A DNA stretch of 64,000 nt, taken from positions 61-64,060 of the forward strand of contig JAEELW010000148.1 of assembly GCA_016282915.1 (NCBI GenBank). The letters are read 5' to 3'. A program made the position numbers and the translations under genes. Below are positions 37,382 to 47,951 of this stretch, piece after piece (positions within the stretch are counted from its first letter, which is position 1; every line of letters begins with the position of its first letter). The notes under the pieces are model-generated. The model saw only the letters and a list, made by a program, of their open reading frames with translations. It was not told where the DNA came from and did no database searches. This DNA comes from Lachnospiraceae bacterium. Its GTDB lineage: Bacteria > Bacillota > Clostridia > Lachnospirales > Lachnospiraceae.

Positions 37382-38287
37382 ATGCAAAATAACAACAGTT
37401 CCACGATGCTGAAAAACATCATGCGTATCATTTCTCTGGCGCTCATAGCCCTGTTTTTCATTCCGTCCTGCGTTGTATCCTGCGCTACGGTTGAGATCCC
37501 GGTCAGTGGTCTGGATGCCGTGATAGGCGTCAGTTATGAGGGTGAGAAGGTTACGGAACCGAATTTCTTAATGCTGCTTGCGGTCGTGATCCCGATCGTT
37601 ATGATCATCGTTCTGTTTTCCGTGAAAGGACCGTCGATCCCTTTTATCATCCTCAATGCAGTGGATATCGTCGTATGGATTCTTTTCATCATAAAAGCCA
37701 AAGATCTTGCGGAGCAGAGCTATTGCCAGTTCAGGGTCACCCCATGGTATATCATAATGATGCTGTTGATCGTGGCCAATATCGTACTGGCCGTACTTCT
37801 GTTGCGGATAGACAGCCGGCCGGATTACGGAATGGGAAGTATGCCGCCTCCCTATATGAACAATGCGGCACCCCCGATGGGAGGAATGGGAATGGCATCC
37901 CCTATGGGCGGAATGGCACAGCCGGTGATGCCGAAGCAGGAAGAAGCGGAAAGCTGGGTAAAAAAGATGCCCGTGGTATGTCCTCTTTCCCCGGAACATA
38001 ACGGAATGAAGATCCCTCTGGGAAATACGGTATTCCTGATCGGACGGGATGCGCAGGAATGTGCGCTTGTATATGGGGATAACACTCCCGGGGTCAGCAA
38101 CAGGCACTGTCAGGTTGCTTTTGACAAGCTCAACCTTCAGTTTGTGATCACCGATCTGGGTTCTACATACGGAACCTTCCTGATGAACGGACAGAAACTT
38201 AACGCAAATGTGCCTTATCGCCTGTCCAGCGGTGAAAGCTTTTATGTCGGGGATCCGGCCAACGCGATCCGTGTGGAGTACGGCTGA
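37382..38287 (+). CDS. FHA domain-containing membrane protein
   Basis: 4 TM helices, a Pro/Met/Gly-rich linker, and a C-terminal FHA (FLIGRD...VSNRHCQV...ITDLGSTYGTFLNG). The ATG at 37382 follows AAGGAGG. Confidence 0.8.
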   Translation: MQNNNSSTMLKNIMRIISLALIALFFIPSCVVSCATVEIPVSGLDAVIGVSYEGEKVTEPNFLMLLAVVIPIVMIIVLFSVKGPSIPFIILNAVDIVVWILFIIKAKDLAEQSYCQFRVTPWYIIMMLLIVANIVLAVLLLRIDSRPDYGMGSMPPPYMNNAAPPMGGMGMASPMGGMAQPVMPKQEEAESWVKKMPVVCPLSPEHNGMKIPLGNTVFLIGRDAQECALVYGDNTPGVSNRHCQVAFDKLNLQFVITDLGSTYGTFLMNGQKLNANVPYRLSSGESFYVGDPANAIRVEYG

Positions 38288-38432
38288 TCGTTCCGGCAGC
38301 CGGATGGACGAAGCTGTCATACGGGAGGCATAAATATTTAAACTTGTGGAGGAATCCGTATAGACATGATATAGTGAGCAAATACTTTGGCAGATCTGAA
38401 CGATCGTGCACAGAACTTATGGGAGCCGGCTT

Positions 38433-40337
38433 ATGAAGAAAAAGATCGCAGTCTTTACAACCGGGTGGTGCAGTGAGATCCTGTCCCAGTTCCTTACCGG
38501 TATGCAGAACGCTTTGGAGGGGGAGAAGGCGGATATCTTCCTTTTTCTCTGTTATCCGACGCATGTCGATACCCTGGCCATGAAGAAGGGGGAGATGAAT
38601 ATCTATACTCTCCCGGATCTGCACGATTTCGACGGGGTGTTCATTTTCGGAAGCGGCCTGGATTATCATGACAGGGTCGATGATATCGTTGCGCGCAGCA
38701 GGGAAGCCGGCGTTCCCGTTATCATGCAGGGGGCAAAGCGTGACGGGATCAGCTATGTGGGCTCGGACAATTATCTGGCGACCAAGGCCATGTGCAGGCA
38801 TCTCTTCGAAGAGCACGGAGTGCGTAATATCACTTTTTTTGCGGGCACGACCGATTCCGCGGATTCGGAACTGCGCCTGAAAGCCGTGCGTGATTATCTT
38901 GAGGAAAACGGCCGTTCGGAAGATCTGAAAGAAGTTTTCTATACCAAATGGGAAAATGTGGCGGTTACAAGGCATCTGAACGAGCTTTGCGCGGAAGGGC
39001 GCGAGCTTCCGGATGCCTTTATCTGTGCGAACGACGGTCTGGCCATGGAGACCTGCATCACGCTGAGCCGGAACGGCTATGAGGTCCCGCGGGATGTGCT
39101 GGTATGCGGCTACGATCACATCGATGACAGTCAGGTGTTCGATCCTTCCATCGCTTCGGTTGACCAGTGTTTGACCGAGATGGGCAGCGCTGCCGCAAAA
39201 CTCTGGCTGGATATCCTGGGCGGTGCGGAGCAGGGCGTTTCGCAGGTCATTCCCTGTAAGTTCATCCCCGGCGACAGCTGCGGCTGCTATGAACTGCGCA
39301 ACAGCGACCGGATGCGCAGGCGTAAGGGGCGCGAGGCTTTTTCCGTACGAGCCATGACGACCTATTTCAACCGGAAGCTTAACCTGATCGATTCGACGAT
39401 CCTTTCCTGCCTGACGTATGAGGATTTCAAAAGGAATCTTCACCGTCTCCTTGCGGAGAATCATGATTATGAGGGTGATTCCTTCCATATCCTGCTGGAG
39501 CCCAATTTCGGTCTTTCCATATATGATCCGAACATCCGGCTGAAGACAAAGGGCTACAGCCGGCAGCTGGAGGTGATCTATTCCACGGAAGACGGAGTAC
39601 GATACCGGGAGGATCGTTTTCCCACATCGGAGCTGATCCCGAACTATGACAGCGAAGGACCGAATCATCTCTATGTCTTCCTTCCGCTGCATGAAGCGGA
39701 TGAGGCCTACGGATATATCATTTTCAGGGATTGTATGGAAAAGGTGGAGAACCATTTCCTTCATACCTATCAGAGCCGGATGGGGCTTGTGTTTGACAAG
39801 TTCCGTCACGCCTTAAGCCTTGATCTGATCAATAAAAGGCTTTTAGACCTGATGCGGCGCGACCCGCTTACGAACGTGAGCAACCGTATGGCGTATGAGG
39901 ATAAGGAGAAGTATATCCAGTCCAAGATCAATTCCGAGACGGCGATGCCTTTTGCGATCGCCATGTTTGATGTCAACAATCTGAAGCTCATCAACGATTC
40001 CATGGGTCATGACGCCGGAGACGAATATCTGATCCGGGCCTGCCATCTGATCTGCAATATCTTCAAGCACAGTCCGGTATTTCGTATCGGAGGCGATGAG
40101 TTTGTTGCGGTGCTTTCCGGGGATGATTTTGAAGACCGGGAGGAGCTTAAGGAGGATCTGAAGCGGCACATGAGTCCCTATTCCGCGAAAATGCCGCTGC
40201 CTTCCGATTATGTTTCCATCGCCTGCGGGATCTCCGTCTACCGGCCGGGGGCGGATATGTCCGTACAGGACGTGGTCAAACGCGCCGACGAAGAGATGTA
40301 CCGTGTCAAAGCGGAAATGAAGAAAGTGATGCAGTGA
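38433..40337 (+). CDS. Diguanylate cyclase with N-terminal periplasmic-binding-protein (LacI-type sugar-binding) fold
   Basis: KKIAVFTTGW...FIFGSG...ICANDGLAME is the PBP type-1 pattern. The C-terminal GGDEF has RIGGDEF. It is a paralogue of 58495-60378. Confidence 0.85.
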   Translation: MKKKIAVFTTGWCSEILSQFLTGMQNALEGEKADIFLFLCYPTHVDTLAMKKGEMNIYTLPDLHDFDGVFIFGSGLDYHDRVDDIVARSREAGVPVIMQGAKRDGISYVGSDNYLATKAMCRHLFEEHGVRNITFFAGTTDSADSELRLKAVRDYLEENGRSEDLKEVFYTKWENVAVTRHLNELCAEGRELPDAFICANDGLAMETCITLSRNGYEVPRDVLVCGYDHIDDSQVFDPSIASVDQCLTEMGSAAAKLWLDILGGAEQGVSQVIPCKFIPGDSCGCYELRNSDRMRRRKGREAFSVRAMTTYFNRKLNLIDSTILSCLTYEDFKRNLHRLLAENHDYEGDSFHILLEPNFGLSIYDPNIRLKTKGYSRQLEVIYSTEDGVRYREDRFPTSELIPNYDSEGPNHLYVFLPLHEADEAYGYIIFRDCMEKVENHFLHTYQSRMGLVFDKFRHALSLDLINKRLLDLMRRDPLTNVSNRMAYEDKEKYIQSKINSETAMPFAIAMFDVNNLKLINDSMGHDAGDEYLIRACHLICNIFKHSPVFRIGGDEFVAVLSGDDFEDREELKEDLKRHMSPYSAKMPLPSDYVSIACGISVYRPGADMSVQDVVKRADEEMYRVKAEMKKVMQ

Positions 40338-40339
40338 GC

Positions 40340-41035
40340 ATGAAGATTTCGATACTCGGAGATTCTGTCAGCACCTATACGGGGTATAACCCCGAGGATT
40401 ATGCGGTGTATTATCAGGAACCGATGCTCTGGAAAAACGGGATGGAAAGCGTAAATGATACCTGGTGGATGCAGGTGATCACGGCTTTGGGAGGGGAACT
40501 CTGCATGAATGATTCCTATTCCGGGAGCCGTGTGGCAGGGAAACGCTTTCCGGCAGCCTGCTCGGATGAAAGGATCCGTATGCTGAGGAATGAAAACGCT
40601 TCTCCGGATCTGATACTGGTCTATATCGGATATAATGACTGGGGATATGGCGTGATTCCGCAGAGGACCGGACTTCCGTTCTTGTTCCGGCATGATCCGG
40701 AGGTTTTTGATGATGCTTATGAACTGATGCTCACAAAGCTGAAGGCTTCCTATCCCGGAGCGGATATCGTATGCGGAACCCTGATAAAGACCTGTCTGGA
40801 AGGTGATGAGGAATGGAAGTTTCCGTCGCGCTTCGGCGGATTTGAATTTGACGAATATAACCGGCTGATCAGAGCCTGTTGCAGGAAAAAAGGCTGCAGA
40901 CTGGCCGAGCTGCGCGAACAGGATATAAGGTATGAAACCCATGATGGTTCACATCCCACAAAAAAGGGCCACAGGCAGATCGCAGAGCTGTGGCTGAATG
41001 TGCTCTCTGACGGAAGATCTGTCCGTACTTTTTAA
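40340..41035 (+). CDS. SGNH/GDSL hydrolase family protein
   Basis: Block I ISILGDSVS and block V DGSHPTKKGH. The start is 3 nt after the upstream stop. Confidence 0.8.
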   Translation: MKISILGDSVSTYTGYNPEDYAVYYQEPMLWKNGMESVNDTWWMQVITALGGELCMNDSYSGSRVAGKRFPAACSDERIRMLRNENASPDLILVYIGYNDWGYGVIPQRTGLPFLFRHDPEVFDDAYELMLTKLKASYPGADIVCGTLIKTCLEGDEEWKFPSRFGGFEFDEYNRLIRACCRKKGCRLAELREQDIRYETHDGSHPTKKGHRQIAELWLNVLSDGRSVRTF

Positions 41036-41718
41036 ACCAGCTCGATCCGTTTCAGCTCCGGGTTCTGCTCAAAAGCATACAGGCAGATCACGCCGGCGAA
41101 GGCGCCGGTGGCCCGGCTGTCGTAGCCAAGCATGCCGAAACGGTACTTATAGCTTTTATTCATACTGACGGAAGGGGAATCCAGCGAAGAATCCAGGCTG
41201 AGTGATTCCACTTCCTTATGCGGGAGCGAATAGACGTTTTTCTTGTCAAAAGTGATCGTTCTTTTGTCGGTGATCACGCAGCCTTCCTTGCCTTTGGAGA
41301 ACACTCCGGAATTTTTATACAGGAATACGGTCTCGCCGGGTTCGAGAACGGAGCTTACCCTGTCTTTTGCAGACTGAAACAGATCACGGTTTTTGTTTTC
41401 CGTAGCCACTTCGTTGAAAGTTTCCTTATCAATAATGGAGAACGCATACTCAAGGGCTTTCTGAGGGGAGCAGAGATCGTTGACACAGTGCAGGAAGCCT
41501 TTGAGGAAATCCTTTCCGTTCTTTTTTTCGCGGAGTTTGTCCAGATTCCATCCGCATTTATAGAATGCCGGATCGACCTCGTTTTCCGTATCAAAAGCAG
41601 GCTTTTCCGTTTCCATGGGAACGAATTCCGACATACAGAACGGGCAGATCAGTTTTCTGCGATCCTTTGACAGTTCCAGTTTCCCACCGCAGTTGCTGCA
41701 CTCATTACTCTGGATCAT
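41032..41718 (-). CDS. Zinc-ribbon plus PH/GRAM-like domain protein
   Basis: CSNCGG-x13-CPFC at the N-terminus. The C-terminal part has EPGETVFLYKNSGVFSKGKEGCVITDKRTITF. I chose the internal ATG at 41718 because of its strong GGGGAGGGAAG RBS. Confidence 0.65.
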   Translation of the reverse strand: MIQSNECSNCGGKLELSKDRRKLICPFCMSEFVPMETEKPAFDTENEVDPAFYKCGWNLDKLREKKNGKDFLKGFLHCVNDLCSPQKALEYAFSIIDKETFNEVATENKNRDLFQSAKDRVSSVLEPGETVFLYKNSGVFSKGKEGCVITDKRTITFDKKNVYSLPHKEVESLSLDSSLDSPSVSMNKSYKYRFGMLGYDSRATGAFAGVICLYAFEQNPELKRIELV

Positions 41719-41936
41719 AAAGCTTCCCTCCCCGGCTTTTATATATAGCCTCGCATCTCTAAGCTGATACACCGCTATTATAACAGAAAAAAGACGATAA
41801 CGACAGTATTTTTTTCAAAAAATACGAACGATCCGTGCCGCCGGCGCTGTCTGGGGAGATGCTTGCGGGGCGGCTGTTTTTGTTATATAATGAAGCTTTG
41901 TAGGATAATGATCGAAAATGAGGTGGGACTGAAAAA

Positions 41937-43106
41937 ATGATCTATGTGGTTTATCCGCTTCTGCTGCTTCTGTTCTTCTGGGGCTGTTCTCCGAAGGGCA
42001 GGGGGAACTGGAACGAGGAAGCCTTTTCGCTGCGGCAGATGAAGGCGCTTCAGGGCTTTGCGGCGCTCTGCATCATGCTTCATCATATCGGGCAGAAGAC
42101 CTGCGCATCCTGGCTCCCGCCAAATACCATCATTCCCGGACTCGAGTTTTTTGTACCTATCGGCTACATCCTGGTATCTTTATTCATCTTCTGTTCCGGT
42201 TATGGCCTGCATCACAGTTTTAAGTATAAAAAGGATTATCTGAAGAAGAACTTCATCGTGCGGCGTATCCTGCCGGTGGTCTTTTCCGGTTATGTCGTCA
42301 CGCTGATCTTTTTCGGCGTGCGTCTTCTGCTGGGGGAGAAGATGAAAGGGGCGCAGATCGCCCGCTACCTTCTCGGCGTGGATCTCTGCAATCCGAACGG
42401 CTGGTTCGTGCTCATCATCCCGATCTTTTATCTGATCTTTTACCTGGCATACCGTTTCATCCGCATCGAGTGGCTCGCCTTCCTGGCGGTGGTGCTGTGT
42501 ACGCTTGCCTACCAGCTGCTGGGAAGCATACCGGATCAGAACACGAGCTGGATCCGGGGAGAGTGGTGGTACAATTCGATCCATATGTTTGCGGTGGGGA
42601 TCTTCTTTTCAAAGCATGAGGAAAAGATCGTAAATCATATAAAAAAGTATTATATCGTGTACCTGATCCTGGCGGTGATCGGCCTGTTCGGCTTTTTCAT
42701 GCTGAGTGAATTTACAAAGGCAACGGTATCCTATTACTGGTGGGGACCGGGGAAGGTATGGCACCGCAGGATCTGCCTGCTTTCCGAGATGGCGGCGTCC
42801 TTTGCCGTGGTCTTCTTCCTTTTCGTGATCGGCATGAAGATAAGGATCGGCAACCGTTTTCTGGATCTGATGGGAAAGATCACGCTGGAGTTTTATCTGA
42901 TCCACGGTCTGTTCGTGGAACTGTTTGCGAGAAAGTTTGCGGATAAACTTAAGAGCGTTCATTTCTTCGAAAACAATCTGCTTTATGTTGCTCTTGTGTT
43001 CGTACTGGCGCTGCCGTCGGCACTTATACTGAAAAAACTGCGGGATCTGGTTTTCGGAGCGTATAAGCGCGAAAAGAAGGAAGCAAAGGGGATGGAAAAA
43101 GCGTGA
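41937..43106 (+). CDS. Acyltransferase family 3 (O-acyltransferase) membrane protein
   Basis: LQGFAALCIMLHHIG motif and ~10 TM helices. Confidence 0.8.
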   Translation: MIYVVYPLLLLLFFWGCSPKGRGNWNEEAFSLRQMKALQGFAALCIMLHHIGQKTCASWLPPNTIIPGLEFFVPIGYILVSLFIFCSGYGLHHSFKYKKDYLKKNFIVRRILPVVFSGYVVTLIFFGVRLLLGEKMKGAQIARYLLGVDLCNPNGWFVLIIPIFYLIFYLAYRFIRIEWLAFLAVVLCTLAYQLLGSIPDQNTSWIRGEWWYNSIHMFAVGIFFSKHEEKIVNHIKKYYIVYLILAVIGLFGFFMLSEFTKATVSYYWWGPGKVWHRRICLLSEMAASFAVVFFLFVIGMKIRIGNRFLDLMGKITLEFYLIHGLFVELFARKFADKLKSVHFFENNLLYVALVFVLALPSALILKKLRDLVFGAYKREKKEAKGMEKA

Positions 43107-45025
43107 TAACGAAGGAAAAGCTCAACAGATACCTGCCGTGGCTGTTTTTCATTGTCGTGGCCGCCGGATGGATATTGTTTTATCTGCTTCGGGTGGAGCG
43201 GCTCCTGGATGCGGATATGTCCAGCGAGATGGTGCTTTCCCGTATCCTTGCGGACGAGCACGGTGTGATCACGCGTTCCTGGAAGTATTCGACCGAGATC
43301 CGCGTGCTGAATAACCAGCTTATCTTCAGCCTGTTCCTCGGGATCACGAACAGCTTCCGCATTTCCCGGCTCTGTTCCGGCGTGGTGCTGCTTCTGCTCT
43401 ACGGTGCGTCCTATTATTATCTCTGTGTGCAGGCCGGCCTGAAAAAGTATTTTCCACAAACGGCGGCGCTGCTCTTTCTGCCCTTTTCCGCGGATTATGC
43501 ATACATCATCCTCTACGGACTGTATTATATCCCCCATATCGCGATCTCGTTTACGACGGCGGCGCTCACGCTGCATATCAGTAAAACTTCGGATAAGAAA
43601 AAACACTATATCCTGCTCGGACTGCTCGGGCTGCTTTCATTTGCGGCCGGACTGGGAGGAGCCAGACAGCTGGTGATCTGCTATCTGCCGCTGCTGGCGG
43701 TGGCACTGATCTGGAGCGTGCGGCAGCAGCGCCTTGCTTTCACCGGGGCCTTTGCGGCGATCCTCGGAGGGGGGGCGGGCTATCTCGTCAACAGCCTCGT
43801 GCTGGCCAAAAGTTACCAGTTCAACGGCTGGACCAACTTAAGCTTTACCGATTTTTCCTTTGCCCGTGCGGAAGAACTCATCATGGGGATATTGCACGAA
43901 TACGGTTATACCGAGGAAGGCGTATTTTCCATGGCGCTGATCAAGAATGCGGCCTGTTTTGTGATCGTGGCCGGCATCCTGATCTATTTCGGGCGTTATT
44001 TTAAAAAGAGCCGGGAGAGGGCCACGGGAGAAAGCTTCCTCGCAGAGCTGATCCTGTCCATGAGTGCCGTGTATTTCCTGCTCTATCTGTTTACGGATAT
44101 GTATTATGAAGACCGTTATGCGCTGCCCTATATCGTTTTTGCCGCACCCATGGCGGGGTTCGGCCTCATGCGGGCAGAGCAGTTCCCGAAACTGGAGCGG
44201 AAGAAGAAAGGTGCTGCGCTGGTGTTGCAGCTTTTCTGTGACCGGCTGCTCCCGCTGGCAGTGATGGGAGCCGTGGTGGTGGCGGGCCTCGGAAGGCTGC
44301 CGGGCCTGTGGCGCACGGATCTGACGGCAGGGCTGAAAGAGCTTTCGGACGCCCTGGCGGAGCAGGGTTATCAGAGCGGCTACGCCTCCTACTGGAACGG
44401 GAATATTATGACGGAGCTGTCCGAGGGCCGCTTCGAGATGTATAACTGGGATGATTATGTGGACGGCAAGGTGGATGTGGAGGAGCTCTATATCTGGCTG
44501 CAGCCGGTCTCCCATGCGGAGAAAAAGCCGGAAGGCAAGGTCTTTATCCTGCTGAGCGCGGAGGAGGAGACCCTCTGTCCGCTGGTACGTTATCTGTCGG
44601 AAGATGAGGTGGCTTTCCGCAATGCGGGCTATGTGGCCTACGGTTTTGCATCCTACGAGGATATGCTGGCCGGGCTTACGGATTATGATTATGATCTTTC
44701 CGATACCGAGGGGCTGGAGGACGGCGTGCCCCTGGACAACGCATGGGAACTGTACGAGGACGGCTGGACCAGCGGACCCAATATGACATTATATAAGGGA
44801 AACTATGAATTCCGGGTGAAGGGGAAAGGGCTGAGAGATCTCGAGATCGTGGCAACGAAGGATTTCGGGGAGGAAGAGCTTGACGCAGCCGTTGAAAAGC
44901 AGACGGATCACGAGCTGCTCCTTACGCTTTCGGTCCCGGAAACTGTTTATCATGCGGAATTCTATATGTATAATACGGACGAAGACGAGATCCGTATCGA
45001 GAGCGCTCAGGTAAGGCGGAAATAA
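43103..45025 (+). CDS. Polytopic membrane protein with C-terminal soluble domain (possible GT-C-type glycosyltransferase)
   Basis: About 10 TM helices in the first 400 aa, then a ~230-aa hydrophilic domain. 4-nt overlap with the upstream gene. The function is inferred from context only. Confidence 0.6.
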   Translation: MITKEKLNRYLPWLFFIVVAAGWILFYLLRVERLLDADMSSEMVLSRILADEHGVITRSWKYSTEIRVLNNQLIFSLFLGITNSFRISRLCSGVVLLLLYGASYYYLCVQAGLKKYFPQTAALLFLPFSADYAYIILYGLYYIPHIAISFTTAALTLHISKTSDKKKHYILLGLLGLLSFAAGLGGARQLVICYLPLLAVALIWSVRQQRLAFTGAFAAILGGGAGYLVNSLVLAKSYQFNGWTNLSFTDFSFARAEELIMGILHEYGYTEEGVFSMALIKNAACFVIVAGILIYFGRYFKKSRERATGESFLAELILSMSAVYFLLYLFTDMYYEDRYALPYIVFAAPMAGFGLMRAEQFPKLERKKKGAALVLQLFCDRLLPLAVMGAVVVAGLGRLPGLWRTDLTAGLKELSDALAEQGYQSGYASYWNGNIMTELSEGRFEMYNWDDYVDGKVDVEELYIWLQPVSHAEKKPEGKVFILLSAEEETLCPLVRYLSEDEVAFRNAGYVAYGFASYEDMLAGLTDYDYDLSDTEGLEDGVPLDNAWELYEDGWTSGPNMTLYKGNYEFRVKGKGLRDLEIVATKDFGEEELDAAVEKQTDHELLLTLSVPETVYHAEFYMYNTDEDEIRIESAQVRRK

Positions 45026-45031
45026 AGGAAG

Positions 45032-47950
45032 ATGAAAGAAGCAAAACAGAACAATAAAAGGACGGCGGTAAGCGGCAGGGATCTGCAGCCTCTGTTTCTC
45101 ATACTTCTTTTCGCCGCCGGCGGACTTTTTGTTTATCTATGGCTTGCGCATTACGGCAACACGCCGCAGCTCTTTACGGATGTGGTGCATGAGCTGACCT
45201 CCATGGAAGGGAGCAACAAGTCGGCGGAGCGGACGCTGATCTATCTGCTTGCCGGAGGCGGCGCCCTTGCGGTGATACTGTTTTACCTGTTTCATAACGG
45301 AAAACACACGATGAAGCAGGAAAACTCCGGCAGCCTGCTGCGCTCCGCGCGCCTGCCCGGCCTGCTCCTTCTGGTGGCTGTTGGAAGCTCCTTTGCGGTA
45401 TACGGGGAATGCGACCCCGTGCTCTTTGCGCTCGCGGCGCTGTGGATGCTTTTACAGATCTGCAGTGCGGCCTATGCGCTTTCCGCGATGCTCTCGTTTG
45501 TCGTCACGCTCTATGCGTTCTGCGGCCTCTACCGTGCGGCGGTCTTTCTGGGATACCGCGGGGATCTGAGCCTGGAGAGCGTCACACAGGCGGCGTTTCT
45601 GTTAACGGGGCTGGTGCTCGCACTGTCGCACGGCAAAAAGAAAGATCTTTTTACGGCGCTGATCCCCATCCTGCAGCCGGCGGTTCCGCTGACACTGCTG
45701 ATCTTTCTTTCCTCCGCCTACCGTATGAACGGAGAGGAATTAAGTATCGGAGTGTCCCGCAGGATACAGCTTCCGGTGTTTGCATTGATCCTCGGGTTCC
45801 TGATCCTTGCAGTATGGAAGCTGGTCAAAAGCCGCCGCGGATCGTACAGAGCCGAGGAACTCATCTCTTTCGGGACCCTGCTCTGCATCCTGAACCTGAA
45901 CTGCTATTCGGGCCTCGGACGCATCGTATCCGCGGACCTGCATCATCCTTTTGAAAATATCATCGGCTTCTCACAGATCTTTGAACTGGGGCAGACGCCT
46001 TTTTCGGAGTACATCCCGGTCTCGGGTCTGTATTCCGTTCTTCAGGGAGCGTTCCTGTTTTTCTTCGGAAACGGGGAATATGCGGCTTATAACGTGACGG
46101 AGAATCTCTTCTATCTGGCGGTGGCCGCCCTGATCCTCTGGCTTGCGTCAAAACACACGGACAGCGGGAACCTGCTTTTTATCACCCTGCTGTTTCCCAT
46201 CCTGCGCTACAACCGTGTGGCGCTCATCCTTCCCGTTTTCCTTCTGCTGGCCTGGCCGAAGCTGATTGAACGGAAGAATCTCTGGATCAAGTGCTGGCTC
46301 CTTTCGAGCCTGGTCCACGGGCTGTATTATCCGCTTTACGGCGCCGCGGTCTGCATCGGCTTTTTTCCGCTGCTCTTCTGGCAGATCGTAACTTACGCCA
46401 GGGGCGGGCTGAAGAAGGACCTGAAGAAGCCGGGCTTCTGGCTGGCCTGGGCGGCCTGCCTCCTGCCGGTCGTGCTTTCGATCCCGCTGCTTCTGGGAAC
46501 CTTAAAACATATGCTGGCCATGAGCGCACAGACGGTATACGCGGATGGGCTTTCCCGTTTCGGCCAGAGCCCGCCGGAGAACTTTTTCGCCTTTCTGTCT
46601 TCGCAGGGGCTGCGCGTGCTCCTTTATGACCTGTACAGTTTCCTGCTGCCTGCGGCGGTGGTATGGGTGTCGCTGATCCTCGCGATGAAGAGCGGAAGGA
46701 TAAAACTGGAAAAGAAACGCATACGCATCGGGGATCCGCAGGCGGCGGCACTTTGCGCATCTTTTGGGATCGCTATGTTCGTGGCCTTCAGCTACACCCT
46801 GGTACGCATGGATATCTACAGCATATACGCCCGCAGCGCGGGGCTGATCTTTGCGGCGGCGGTGCTGCTCCTGCTTCTGGCGGAGCGCTATTTCGGAAGC
46901 GGCGTATCGCGTTATGTGATCTCGGCCTTTGCGGTCTTTCTGCTGTCGGCCGTGCTCGGAGAGGGCATACGGAGCCTGGACAGCGACGGAAAGCTTTCGG
47001 GCAGCTATGAGGTGCCGCAGGGATACCTCCTGGCTGCAGATGAGAGCATCCCGCGTCTCGGCAGCGCGTTCATCGAGGAAGAGACATATGGAAAGCTGCG
47101 GCAGCGCTATGACGGCGGCCGCGGTCTGGAAGCGGACAAAAGCTATCTGGGTCTCGGTTATTTCGGTAATTTCTATCTCTTCAATATCCGCGGCGGCTCG
47201 GTCATGGAAGCGGTAACGATCCGCGGATACGGGGCGGCGGAAGAGACGGTGGAGAATCTGAGAACGGAGGGGACCGTGGCGGCGCGGGTGGATTCGCTTG
47301 CCTATTATTATCTCCATCACTGGCTGCTCTGTTCCGGCGAATACGCCTGGTCGGAAGAAAAAGGAAAGTTCTGCCCGAAAGCGGAGGGGATGACGGAGGA
47401 AGAAGTGCTTAGGGAAAACAGGAAAGCGGCGCTGACCGAGGAGGAGCGTGAACTCTGGCTCACGCCCTCATCCTGGGGGCTTTCGATGGAAAGCCTGGAA
47501 GGGATCTTTACGGAGCTGCCGGCCACTCTGAATGCCTCCGGAGGAGACGGGGAGACAGAGCTTCGTTTTGACCGGGAGCTTAAGGGAGAGGATGCGGATT
47601 TTCTCTATCTTGCGCTTGACGACAGCGGCGATTCATACCATTATATTCTTGTTGACCAGATCTTCAATGCGGTACAGCCCGATCCTTCCAAAGCGGCGGC
47701 GGCATTGATGAAGAGGGTAAACAATCCGGACGTGAAGCTCCGGCTGTCCTGGACGGATGATGAGGGAACGGAACACAGCATGAAATGCGATCTCGGACGC
47801 GGAAAGCTGCTGCTGCCGCTGGGGAGCGGTTCGGGCTGGCTCCTGAACAGTCATGACGGGCTGAAGCTCACGCTGGAAAAGGACGGCGAACAGATACCGC
47901 TGCCTGCGATCCGGGAAATGCGTCTTTTGAAGCTTCGGGAGGTGGAATGA
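45032..47950 (+). CDS. Very large polytopic membrane protein (possible glycopolymer polymerase/GT-C-like)
   Basis: 972 aa with more than 15 hydrophobic helices and a ~330-aa C-terminal soluble part. The function is inferred from context only. Confidence 0.6.
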   Translation: MKEAKQNNKRTAVSGRDLQPLFLILLFAAGGLFVYLWLAHYGNTPQLFTDVVHELTSMEGSNKSAERTLIYLLAGGGALAVILFYLFHNGKHTMKQENSGSLLRSARLPGLLLLVAVGSSFAVYGECDPVLFALAALWMLLQICSAAYALSAMLSFVVTLYAFCGLYRAAVFLGYRGDLSLESVTQAAFLLTGLVLALSHGKKKDLFTALIPILQPAVPLTLLIFLSSAYRMNGEELSIGVSRRIQLPVFALILGFLILAVWKLVKSRRGSYRAEELISFGTLLCILNLNCYSGLGRIVSADLHHPFENIIGFSQIFELGQTPFSEYIPVSGLYSVLQGAFLFFFGNGEYAAYNVTENLFYLAVAALILWLASKHTDSGNLLFITLLFPILRYNRVALILPVFLLLAWPKLIERKNLWIKCWLLSSLVHGLYYPLYGAAVCIGFFPLLFWQIVTYARGGLKKDLKKPGFWLAWAACLLPVVLSIPLLLGTLKHMLAMSAQTVYADGLSRFGQSPPENFFAFLSSQGLRVLLYDLYSFLLPAAVVWVSLILAMKSGRIKLEKKRIRIGDPQAAALCASFGIAMFVAFSYTLVRMDIYSIYARSAGLIFAAAVLLLLLAERYFGSGVSRYVISAFAVFLLSAVLGEGIRSLDSDGKLSGSYEVPQGYLLAADESIPRLGSAFIEEETYGKLRQRYDGGRGLEADKSYLGLGYFGNFYLFNIRGGSVMEAVTIRGYGAAEETVENLRTEGTVAARVDSLAYYYLHHWLLCSGEYAWSEEKGKFCPKAEGMTEEEVLRENRKAALTEEERELWLTPSSWGLSMESLEGIFTELPATLNASGGDGETELRFDRELKGEDADFLYLALDDSGDSYHYILVDQIFNAVQPDPSKAAAALMKRVNNPDVKLRLSWTDDEGTEHSMKCDLGRGKLLLPLGSGSGWLLNSHDGLKLTLEKDGEQIPLPAIREMRLLKLREVE

Positions 47951-47951
47951 G